The notes under the pieces: generated by a model
The model's input: the letters and a program-made list of their open reading frames with translations, nothing else
What the model was told of the DNA's origin: nothing
Databases searched by the model: none
Position numbers and translations under genes: made by a program
Shown: in pieces, positions 1 through 9,057 of the stretch
How the letters are laid out: each line of letters opens with the position of its first letter
Position numbering within the stretch: position 1 is the stretch's first letter
Assembly (NCBI RefSeq): GCF_006345805.1
Contig: NW_021832967.1
Coordinates: 1-29,614, forward strand
Reading direction: 5' to 3'
Length of the DNA: 29,614 bases
DNA from: Octopus sinensis
Lineage: Eukaryota

Positions 1-182
1 TATTATATAAGGGAAGTAACTCACTAAAAATGTCTACGATGAGTCAACGATTTTAAAAAAAAATACCATAATTTTTTTCCCATTTTTAATCCATTTTTTT
101 GCTAATTTTTGGCTATAACTCTCTAAAAATGCTTATAATAGTATTTCCTTACAAACCGAACAACGCCGGGCGATACTGCTAG
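1..182 (+). mobile_element. Non-autonomous Helitron family A, 3' part (5' end outside window)
   Basis: Ends with a degenerate hairpin (CCGAACAACGCCGGG), then CGATACTG-CTAG (179-182)|T. Body matches copies at 3906-4300, 9058-9450 and 12548-12918. Confidence 0.8.
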
Positions 183-262
183 TAGGTAATAAAAAAAACC
201 GATGTATGTATGTATGTATGTATATATGTATGTATGTGTGTATAATATTAAAGTATCTTAAA

Positions 263-495
263 GGCGGCGAGTTGGCAGAGAAACGTTAGCACGCCAGGCG
301 AAATGCGTAGCCGTATTTCGTCTGCCGTTACGTACCGAGTTCATATTACGCCGAGGGCGACTTTGCCTTTCATCCTTTGGGGTCGATAAATTAGTTAGCA
401 GTTACGCACTGGGGGTTGATGTATCGACTTAATCCCTTTGCCTGTCCTTGTTTGTCCCCTCCATGTTTAGCCCCTTGTGGGCAATAAATAGAAAT
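263..495 (+). mobile_element. tRNA-derived SINE family B, copy 1
   Basis: GGCGGCGAG.TGGCAGA head (A-box-like), GAGTTCA..T B-box-like motif. Near-identical to 1343-1574 and ends in AATAAA-like A-rich tail. Confidence 0.85.
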
Positions 496-622
496 AAATA
501 TTAAGTATGTTATAGAAAGCATGGGCTCTTTAAGGAGTACTTGTAGGGAACCAATGCGAAATAATACAAAGTAGAGGAAACTAAAAGTGCAATCCAAGGC
601 AATCAATCATCTTGTTTGTTTT

Positions 623-669
623 AACACAACGTTTCGGCTGAGATTACCCTCCAGCCTTCATCAGGTGCC
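623..669 (-). ncRNA. Minimal type-I hammerhead ribozyme, intact core
   Basis: Minus strand reads GGCAC CTGATGA A GGCTG-(11 nt)-CAGCC GAAAC GTT GTGTT. Stem I GGCAC/GTGTT, stem II GGCTG/CAGCC, palindromic ACGT stem III, GUU cleavage triplet. Confidence 0.85.
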
Positions 670-740
670 TTGAGGAAATTTCGAACCTGGGTTCTCATTC
701 CTAAGGTATTTTTCGATATATATATATATATATATATATA

Positions 741-1166
741 GGCACAGGAGTGGTAAGTAGCTTGCTAACAAACCACATGGTTCCGGGTTCAGTCCCACTG
801 CGTGGCATCTTGGACAAGTGTCTTCTGCTATAGCCCCGGGCCGACCAATGCTTTGTGAGTGGATTTGGTAGACGGAAACTGAAAGAAGCCTGTCGTATAT
901 TGTATACCATATATATATATATATATAATATATATAGAGTATCTGTGTGTGTGTTTGCGTGTCTGTGTTTGACCCCCTAGCATTGCTGACAACCGATGCT
1001 GGTGTTTTGTTTACGTCCCCGTCACTTACGGTTCGGCAAAAGAGAGAGACCGATAGAATAAGTACTGGGCTTACAAAAGAAAAGTCCCGGGGGTCGATTT
1101 GCTTGACTAAAGGCGGTGCTCCAGCATGGCCGCAGTCAAATGACTGAAACAAGTAAAAGAGTAAAA

Positions 1167-1168
<2 letters not shown>
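741..1168 (+). mobile_element. tRNA-derived SINE family A, full length
   Basis: Head ...GGTTCAGTCCC (B box), TTGG.CAAGTGTCTT segment, internal TA/TG microsatellite, tail ending GACTGAAACAAGTAAAAGAG. About ten related copies in the window. Confidence 0.9.
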
Positions 1169-1206
<38 letters not shown>

Positions 1207-1330
1207 ATTTATATATATATATATACATATATATGCATGCACACACATACCAAAACATATATATATATATATATACATACATACATACATACATACATAC
1301 ATACATACATACATACATACATACATACAT
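1169..1330. repeat. (TA)n / (TACA)n microsatellite
   Basis: Direct reading of the sequence. Confidence 0.95.
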
Positions 1331-1342
1331 GTGTTATAATAA

Positions 1343-1574
1343 GGCGGCGAGCTGGCAGAAACGTTAGCACGCCGGGCGAAATGCGTAGCCGTATTTCGTC
1401 TGCCGTTACGTTCTGAGTTCAAATTCCGCCGAGGTCGACTTTGCCCTTTATCCTTTCGGTGTCGATAAATTAAGTACCAGTTACGCACTGGGGGTTGATG
1501 TAATCGACTTAATCCCTTTGTCCGTCCTTGTTTGGCCCCTTCTATGTTTAACCCCTTGTGGGTAGTAAAGAAAT
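1343..1574 (+). mobile_element. tRNA-derived SINE family B, copy 2
   Basis: Matches 263-495 along its length; TGGCAGAAACG and GAGTTCAAATTCC Pol III box-like motifs. Confidence 0.85.
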
Positions 1575-1929
1575 ATATATATATACATATGTGTGTGTGT
1601 GTGTGTGTATACATAATGGTGATATTGGTGTAGGATGAGGAGAGGGATCAAGGAACGGTGTGTACATTGACATCAATGAGAATATTGATACGAGAGAAAG
1701 AGGTGAAGTGGTTTGCACAAGTTTGATATGATATCGGAATAGATAGGATTGATGAGATGTCGTTGAATAGTTGGGGCGGGGGAACTGACGAATGGAAAAA
1801 GCAGTAAGGTGGCGGGGGCGGTGTGTATTATTTATGTGTGTGTGTGTGTGTGTGTGTGCTTGTACGTCTATAAGTATGGTGATGCAAACAGAAAAAGTAG
1901 AACTCAACACATGAGTGTGAGGTGTATAC

Positions 1930-2010
<81 letters not shown>

Positions 2011-2029
2011 TATGTATGTAGTATGTATA

Positions 2030-2428
2030 GGCGTAGGAGTGGCTGTGTGGTAAGTAGCTTGTTTACCAACCACATGGGTTCGGGTTCAGTCTCACTGCGT
2101 GGCACCTTGCGCAAGTGTCTTCTACTATAGCCTCGGGCCGACCAAAGCCTTGTGAGTGGATTTGGTAGACGGAAACTGAAAGAAGCCCGTCGTATATATG
2201 TAATATATATATATGCGTGTGGTTGTCTGGTTTGTGTCCCCTAGCATTGCTTGACAACCGATGCTAGCGTGTTTACGTCCCCGTTACTTAGCGGTTCGGT
2301 AAAAGAGACCGATAGAATAAGTACTGGGCTTACAAAAGAATAAGTCCCGGGGTCGATTTGCTCGATTAAAGGCGGTGCTCCAGCATGGCCGCAGTCAAAT
2401 GACTGAAACAAGTAAAAGAATAAAGAAT
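2030..2428 (+). mobile_element. SINE family A, full length
   Basis: GGCGTAGGAGTGGCTGTGTGG head (A box TGGCTGTGTGG) through AAGTAAAAGAATAAAG tail. Confidence 0.9.
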
Positions 2429-3228
2429 ACATATATATATATATATATATATGTATATACACACACACACACACACATATATATAACACACACACACACA
2501 CATATATACATATACATATGTATACATACGTAAATATTTATGCATACATATATACATATATACATATATGTGTGGGGAGTATAACACCAAGCGGTGAAGG
2601 ACAAAAACACAGTCACACATACATATATGCATACGGACATACACACACACACACACTCACACACACACATATACACGACAGGCTTCTTTCAGTTTCCGTC
2701 TACCAAATTCACTAACAAGGCTTTAGTTGGCCTGAGGCTATAGTAGAAGACACTTGCCGGATCTTGTCGGTTTGAACGGCAGTTTTTTAAAAATAATTTC
2801 CACGTAACTAAACACTTTTAAACTTCGTATACTGGTAGAATCTCTTATTATAAAAGGCAGATTTTATCTGCCTCCCTTTGGGAGTTATACAAATCTACAA
2901 TATAGGATTTCTTCAATTACAATTTACCTAGCATTTTTAAGAGTAGAATGCATCGGGTCATGCCAGGTCCGGTTTTTAAATTTTCAACCCCAATTAAGCA
3001 AAATTTAGAGAAAACTCACATTCTGGTGTATATGTCAAATGTTTTTCTTAATGTGGGATACACCACACGCAAACGCACACCACACAAAGGGAGCGACTGT
3101 TTCACTGACGCTATCACCCTTCTCCTCCTTTGTCTTTGCAAGTTTGCAGCTATTAAAGTGAAAACAGTGAATCCGACAGCGATTAAGAAAATGAATTGGT
3201 ACCTGAATGGAGTGAAAATTTAAAAACT

Positions 3229-3463
3229 GTTTCTTTCGGTGATTTTTCTGAAGAAATTGCCACCAAGCCACAGACTTTCCAGAAGAGTATAAAGCCTTAA
3301 ACTATTTCTTTTTACTTTTTCGAATGAGCCTATTTGAAATCATTACGCTAAACGTAAACAAAGCGAAAGAAAGGATAGTTTGTTATTTCCCACAACCTTA
3401 AATGAAATTAAGGCCTATTTTGCCATAAATATTATTATGGGTATCAGAAAGTTACCAGAATAA
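3229..3463 (+). pseudogene. Degenerate piggyBac-family (DDE_Tnp_1_7-like) transposase fragment
   Basis: 3389-3463 translates to PTTLNEIKAYFAINIIMGIRKLPE*, matching the piggyBac E.KAF.G..I.MG...LP motif. Upstream frameshifted P.NYFFLLF...LFEII segment also fits. Confidence 0.75.
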
Positions 3464-3780
3464 CAAATTCTATCGTAAAATTTTGTTGTATACCCAATTG
3501 AATATTAGCTAATACCCATTTCTATAGCAATGTTTGAACAAAATTTTAATAATTTGTATATTGTTGAATTTACCTGTATCTACCTGCAATTAGAGTCACT
3601 TTGTGACAAAAATTATAGTGTAGAATTGGTTGAGAATATTTCATTAAATTATCTTCCAAAAATCAGATTAATATATTGATAAATAAAAAAGTTATAGTTG
3701 TTTAATGAAACCAGACTAAATTTATGATTACGTTAGAAATTAATTGAAACACATAAAGGGTGTAATTGGTCAGAAATATA

Positions 3781-3796
3781 GTAACGAAAGGGTTAA
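3781..3796 (+). mobile_element. piggyBac-type right TIR plus TTAA
   Basis: GTAACGAAAGGG|TTAA, the exact reverse complement of TTAA|CCCTTTCGTTAC at 12219-12234. Confidence 0.75.
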
Positions 3797-3905
3797 GAAA
3801 AACCAAAAAATATTTTATTCTTTATAAATGTTGTATTCAAAATAACATTTTCTTTTAAGAATGTGTATATAAACAAAGTATGTGTATATAACTACGTGAC
3901 TTATA

Positions 3906-4300
3906 TCTTTATATATAAGAGTGAAGTTGTGTGTCTGTCTCCTACGATTTAGATTCGTAACGACTCCCACATTTTGCGGTGCAGTGTAACCAAAACCGGG
4001 TATCTTATAGTCGTGATTCATATCGAGCCCTTCTGGGTATTAGCGCGCGTCTACGATGAGTCTACGATTTAAAAAATTTACCATCATATTTTTCCATTTT
4101 AATGCATTTTTTTGCTATTATGTAAGGGAAGTAACTCTCTAAAAATATCTACGATGTGTCAACGATTTAAAAAGAAATTTACCCTAATTTTTTTTCCATT
4201 TTTAATGCATTTTTTTCCTATTTTTTGGCTATAACTCTCTAAAAATGCTTATATAGTTATTTCCCTTACAAACCCGAGCAACGCCGGGCGATACTGCTAG
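3906..4300 (+). mobile_element. Non-autonomous Helitron family A, complete (395 bp)
   Basis: A|TCTTTATATATAAG start; hairpin CCCGAGCAACGCCGGG at 4273-4288; CTAG|T end; no TSD. Confidence 0.85.
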
Positions 4301-4519
4301 TGTGTTTATAAAACATCTTTTTCTCTTGGCTTTATTGAGAAAATTCTATAGTTTGTAAGATATTTGTTGTTGTTTTTTTCTTCAATTTCTGCAATTTCAA
4401 CCAATCAATGACGTCCATTGAGGTAAACAACATTCTGTGCCGTATGAATATGTCCCTCGTTTAAGAAACAGATTGGGTTTATTTACATTTGTGAAGAAAA
4501 AAAGATACCCTTCCCCCAC

Positions 4520-4537
4520 CCCTAACCCTAACCCTAA
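4520..4537. repeat. (CCCTAA)3 telomere-like repeat inside the TIR element
   Basis: CCCTAACCCTAACCCTAA read directly. Confidence 0.85.
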
Positions 4538-4732
4538 AACAGATCGAAATGCAATAGATCGATACTAGGGTCATAATTATGGGTGACAATTTCATATGAC
4601 ACCGCTAGAAAAAACTGCCGTTCAAACCGAAAAGATCCCACTTGCCTAAGGTTCCAAGCAGTGGGACTGAACCCAGAACCATGTGGTTGGGAAGTAAGTT
4701 TCTTCCCATAAAACCACGCCTGCGCCGTATAC

Positions 4733-4936
4733 TCTTTACTTGTTTCAGTCATTTGACTGCGGCCATGCTGGAGCACCGCCTTTTAGTCGAGCAACTCGAC
4801 CCGGGACTCTTCTTTTTTTGTAAGCCCAGTACTTATTCTATCGGTCTCTCTTTTGCCGAACCGCTAAGTGACGGGGACGTAAACACACCAGCATCGGTTG
4901 TCAAGCAATGCTAGGGAGACAAACACAAACACACAA

Positions 4937-4975
<39 letters not shown>

Positions 4976-5136
4976 ACAGGCTTCTTTCAGTTTCCGTCTA
5001 CCAAATCCACTCACAAGGCATTGGTCGGCCCGGGGCTATAGCAGAAGACACCTGCCCAAGATGCCACGCAGTGGGACTGAACCCGGAACCATGTGGTTGG
5101 TTAGCAAGCTACTTACCACATAGCCACTCCTGCGCC
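4733..5136 (-). mobile_element. SINE family A, full length
   Basis: Reverse complement of the family-A consensus, flanked by direct repeat GTATACT (4727-4733 and 5137-5143). Confidence 0.9.
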
Positions 5137-5736
5137 GTATACTTCATTATTTTTCTAAACTTTATCAATTTAATAACAGTTTACCCCCATTGAAAACTCA
5201 TCAGTGTAAACTTTCATTTCATTAACAAAAATTTGTATTTTTTTTTATAAAGATATGTCACTCATCACTCACCTTTTTAATGATCTTAAGTCTCTCTCTC
5301 TGTATTTCTCTTGTCCTCTTCTGCCACCTCTAAAATAATAAAAAGCATAGCAGCAAATCAACCGATCAACAAACCAACCGTCTAGCATTACAGCAATATT
5401 TGTTTATGTACGTACGTCAATATTTGTTTAAGTGCGTACCTGCTGTGTGCGTTACACTTCAAAGAAGTGGCAAAGCGAGAGAGAGAGAGGAAGTAACAGA
5501 GAGAGAGAGTGTGAAAGGGACGGGAAGTGGTGACGGCGTTCATCGCAAGAGAAGTAGATACATAGATACATATACACATTGTTAAAACAAAAGCGCGAGA
5601 GAAGAGAGACACAAAGGAAGTGAAAAAGAAAGGAAACTGAGATACAATAGATACATAAATCCAAAGAAAGATTCATACATTGATACATACACACAGCAAA
5701 TATTGGATATCAATTTCACTTTTCATAAAAAAGTTA

Positions 5737-5945
5737 TCTCTCTATATATAAACGGCAAAATGTCAGCGTGTGTGTCCTTTATACAAATCCACAATTTTTC
5801 AGTTAGAGGGCTCGCACTTTCTATGGTCATTCAAAACCGTCCAACGGGTGGTCGTGCACATCTTTACATTTCCCCAGTCACCCTGCAAAGCCATTAAAAA
5901 ATCAATAGAAGTGACTTTTTTTGTGAATTTTCAATCCAAAACCCA
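5737..5945 (+). mobile_element. Probable Helitron 5' module (family C), 3' end missing
   Basis: A|TCTCTCTATATATAAACGGC resembles the 5' ends of families A (TCTTTATATATAAG) and B (TCTCTTATTATAAAAGGC). Single copy here and no CTAG end found. Confidence 0.45.
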
Positions 5946-5950
5946 GGACT

Positions 5951-6073
5951 CGCGTAGGCTCGAAACGTAAAATACTTTTTCTATTCCTGAGCATTATACT
6001 AATACATCTGTTTGTTTTTTACACCACCTGTCTTCGTCTTTTGTTTTTTTCGTAAACTCTCCCTATATATATA
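5951..6073 (+). mobile_element. 5'-truncated hammerhead-bearing short element (remnant)
   Basis: GCGTAGGCTCGAAACGT...TACTAATACATCTGTTTG...ACACCACCT matches 26513-26625 and ends in (TA)n. The CUGANGA half of the core is missing. Confidence 0.75.
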
Positions 6074-6074
6074 G

Positions 6075-7964
6075 GTCCATAAAGTAATTACTGACCCTAT
6101 AGCAGGACCACCAACAAGACCAGTCTGTGGAGCGAATATCGCTAGCAATTACAGAATCTCCTACTTCCTCTCAATGATCATACGCCCTATAATCCGGATG
6201 TCACCTGATGTTTGTGACAGCACAGAAGATCTCCTCAGCAGGATCGATGACTGTAACAACACTTGTGACTTGACAGGATGTATGGTGGGTAGCATGGATG
6301 TGGTATCCCTATACCCATCGATCGACGTAGATTTTGCGGTGGAGAAGTGCGTGGAGATGATCAATGAGAGCCAGGTGGAGTTCCGTAATGTCAACACAGA
6401 AGAACTGGGCCTCCTACTTAGACTGACATGTAATAATGAATACTTAGATAAACATAATCTTAGTAGTTTCTGCCCCAGTAGATGTTTAAGAGGTAGACCG
6501 CCCACAATTACTTCTATGGCTAGGAAGACACATATAGAAAGATGGCGCGGATGGACCAGAGCCATACGGAGCCCTGCAAATGTCCATCAGATAAAGAAAA
6601 TGATCGCACATGCACTAGGAGCTAGTATAAGAGTTACCCTAAAAGGCCACACGTTTAAGTTTAATAATAAAATATATGCCCAGGACGAGGGGGCAGCCAT
6701 CGGTGTTAGTATCGCTGGTGATGTGGCCAACCTTTTCATGGTATGGTGGGACAGAAGGCTTAAAGAACGCCTAACACAGAACTCCATACTCGTGAACATG
6801 TACTCTCGCTATGTTGATGATATCAACATAGTGGTAAAGGCACCCCCACAAGAGAGTAATGTTGATATAGTAATAGAAACTAATACTATGGAGAGCATCC
6901 AGCAAATAGCTAACTCCATCCACCAGAGTATTAAGGTCACAATAGACTACCCCACTAAACACCCCAACCATAGACTACCAGTACTAGACACTGAAATCTG
7001 GCTAGAAATTGTGAATAATAAAACCCAAATCCTTCATTCATACTATGCAAAACCTATGGCCTCAAAATATCTGATCCACCGGAACTCAGCCATTGCGGAC
7101 AATGCCAAATTCAATATTTTGATGGCAGACCTCGTCAGAATAATGAGAAATGTGTCACGCATGTGCGAGCCCACAGAGTTAAAGAGACACATACAATATT
7201 TCATTCACCGCATGCAGTTCTCAGGTTACAGCCATAAAGAAAGGATCAGAGTATACAAAGGAGCAATGAAGAAATTTGATAATATATTATGTAATGATAG
7301 GAATGGTATTTGCCCACTCTATAGGAACAAGTCATGGAACACTATAGAAAGGACAAAAAAGAAAATCGGGAAGGCCAACTCTTGTTATGATAGCCATAAA
7401 TACCAGAGTGTCATGTTCGTTGACACCACTCCTGGAGGTGAACTGGCGTACCGCTTTAGAAGGACCCTAGACAAACTTAAGCTAAGAATTAAGGTTGTTG
7501 AAAAGCCAGGCAACCCTATCAAATCTATAATTGGTAGAACCTATCCTTTTAGTAGAACCTATCCTTTTAGTAGAACCTCATGTACGGATAAGTACTGTAC
7601 TGTATGTAGATTTAGCCCACAAACAAACTGTAAAGCCAGAAATGTAGTCTATAGTATAAGATGTATAGAGGGACGATGCAGTAACAAGACAACGACATAC
7701 GTAGGGGAAACGGCAATAAGCATAGGAGAGCGGGTAAATGAGCATTGGAGACAACTCAAGGAAGGTAAAAACTCATCGATTCTGTACCAACACGCCGAAC
7801 AGGAACTCGGGGGATCAATCAATAACATAGAAATTAAAATATTGTCCACACATAGAACAGATGCAACAATTAGACAAATTACAGAAGCTACACACATAAT
7901 AGAAAATAAACCTAGCCTGAATAGAAAACTAGAATGGAGCACTAACACACACTACAACATATGA
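6075..7964 (+). CDS. Penelope-like element RT-GIY-YIG polyprotein, N-terminally truncated (frame open from 6075; first Met 6174)
   Basis: RT motifs: VHK...PTRPVCG, SMDVVSLYPS, QDEGAAIG..AGDVANLFM, YVDD (6810-6821), LPVLD. Cys-rich linker (C..KYC.VC...NC). GIY-YIG: NVVYSIRC...YVGET...ERVNEH...HA...RQITEA...LNRKLEW. No internal stop or frameshift. Confidence 0.92.
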   Translation, partial: VHKVITDPIAGPPTRPVCGANIASNYRISYFLSMIIRPIIRMSPDVCDSTEDLLSRIDDCNNTCDLTGCMVGSMDVVSLYPSIDVDFAVEKCVEMINESQVEFRNVNTEELGLLLRLTCNNEYLDKHNLSSFCPSRCLRGRPPTITSMARKTHIERWRGWTRAIRSPANVHQIKKMIAHALGASIRVTLKGHTFKFNNKIYAQDEGAAIGVSIAGDVANLFMVWWDRRLKERLTQNSILVNMYSRYVDDINIVVKAPPQESNVDIVIETNTMESIQQIANSIHQSIKVTIDYPTKHPNHRLPVLDTEIWLEIVNNKTQILHSYYAKPMASKYLIHRNSAIADNAKFNILMADLVRIMRNVSRMCEPTELKRHIQYFIHRMQFSGYSHKERIRVYKGAMKKFDNILCNDRNGICPLYRNKSWNTIERTKKKIGKANSCYDSHKYQSVMFVDTTPGGELAYRFRRTLDKLKLRIKVVEKPGNPIKSIIGRTYPFSRTYPFSRTSCTDKYCTVCRFSPQTNCKARNVVYSIRCIEGRCSNKTTTYVGETAISIGERVNEHWRQLKEGKNSSILYQHAEQELGGSINNIEIKILSTHRTDATIRQITEATHIIENKPSLNRKLEWSTNTHYNI

Positions 7965-8022
7965 CGATAGAAGATCCTGAAAACATAATAAATACACAGA
8001 TAAATAAACTAATAGAAATAAA

Positions 8023-8061
<39 letters not shown>

Positions 8062-8410
8062 GATTCGATTTATTATTATTATTACTAGTAATGTTGTTAT
8101 ACATACATACATACAAGCATATGTAATGATAATAATAAGTGGATGTAAACACATGAACAAAATAAGAATAAACAAAAACAACAAAAACAAAAAAAAAAAC
8201 AAAAAAACAACAAAAAAAACAAAATACAAATTACATGAACATATATAAACAGAAGATACAAATATTACAGGCATCCCCCCACATACACACACTAAATAAA
8301 CATAGACGCACATAGAGATATAAGCATGCGCAAATGAAGACATACAATAGAAATACAAAATGGCTGACGGTTAGTAAGGAGAGACACAAATAAGAAAGAA
8401 GAAAACAAAG

Positions 8411-8454
8411 GACCACTGATGCGGTCACATGAGTGTGACGAAAGAACTCTGGCC
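8411..8454 (+). ncRNA. Minimal type-I hammerhead motif in the PLE 3' region, A9-to-C core variant
   Basis: GACCA CTGATGC G GTCAC-ATGAGT-GTGAC GAAAG AA CTC TGGCC. Stem I GACCA/TGGCC (one mismatch), stem II GTCAC/GTGAC, stem III AG/CT, CUC triplet. Confidence 0.65.
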
Positions 8455-8599
8455 GAAATAAGATTAAGATTAATGTAAAAAATAAATAACACTGAAGCAA
8501 CATAACACCAAATATATAGTGCGTGTGTTTTTTATTGGCTAAACTGGCAAAATGACCATTCCGAAATATAACTATATATATATATATATAGGGATAAAT

Positions 8600-8870
8600 A
8601 TTTTATATATAAAGAACGTGAAATACAGGAAGGGACAAACACGGAACACAGACAAATCATTCGAAGCCTTCAATCTTCAGTCAGACACCGAATCATCATA
8701 GCAAATTCGGCTGTTCAATCTGATATTTGCTCCAACTTGGCCAGCCCCAAGAAAAAAAACTAAGCTGTAAGCATTAGATTCTTCGTAGAAGACAGGAATG
8801 TGAACGCACGAGACGGATGTAAATACGAGAGACGAAAACGAAATTGAAAACGGTAACGGTTAAACAAAAT
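8600..8870. repeat. Unclassified, probably interspersed repeat between (TA)n tracts
   Basis: Complex sequence island flanked by TA microsatellites; only one copy in the window. Confidence 0.3.
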
Positions 8871-8886
8871 ATAATATATATATACA

Positions 8887-8942
<56 letters not shown>

Positions 8943-9003
8943 TATATATATACATACATATATATATACATATATACATATACATATATATATATACATA
9001 CAC

Positions 9004-9052
<49 letters not shown>

Positions 9053-9057
9053 ATATA

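Larger units (their letters stand above)
2841..4300 (+). mobile_element. Composite Helitron: family-B 5' module + captured piggyBac fragment + family-A element supplying the 3' end
   Basis: A|TC start at 2841 and CTAG|T end at 4300, lying between the two parts of the TIR element. The 5' ~220-270 bp are shared with 11695+ and 11219-. Confidence 0.7.
2759..4638. mobile_element. Non-autonomous TIR DNA transposon, Merlin-like (about 420 bp once the nested insert is removed)
   Basis: 30-bp TIRs at 2759-2788 and 4609-4638, 29/30 identical, beginning GGATCTT. 8-bp TSD CACTTGCC at 2751-2758 and 4639-4646. GG termini plus 8-bp TSD fit the Merlin superfamily; no transposase is present. Confidence 0.75.
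2676..4726 (-). mobile_element. SINE family A head, split in two (2676-2758 and 4647-4726) by a DNA transposon
   Basis: Joining the halves restores GAAGACACTTGCC|TAAGGTTCCAAGCAGTGGGACTGAACC, matching uninterrupted copies such as 5040-5090. Confidence 0.85.
6074..8572 (+). mobile_element. Penelope-like retroelement (GIY-YIG-positive), 5'-truncated, with 3' UTR/pLTR-like region
   Basis: RT + GIY-YIG ORF followed by a microsatellite-containing 3' region with a hammerhead motif, bounded by (TA)n on both sides. The 3' boundary is approximate. Confidence 0.85.

Noticed and set aside
2030-2105. tRNA genes at SINE heads
   Set aside because: They have A/B-box-like motifs but no full cloverleaf and continue into SINE bodies; counted as SINEs.
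4520-4537. Chromosome end or telomere-associated PLE
   Set aside because: Only three units, internal to a TIR element. The PLE here retains a GIY-YIG domain and is not adjacent to the repeat.
5160-5730. Complex GA-rich segment as regulatory or coding sequence
   Set aside because: No ORF or motif support and a single copy in the window; left unclassified.
6161-7948. Minus-strand ORFs overlapping the PLE ORF
   Set aside because: Short antisense shadows of the RT-EN frame with no recognisable motifs.
8645-8690. Possible hammerhead on the minus strand (CTGAAGA...GAAG G CTTC GAATG)
   Set aside because: No convincing stem I, stem II loop too short, and GAAT instead of GAAA. Cannot be supported from this copy alone.
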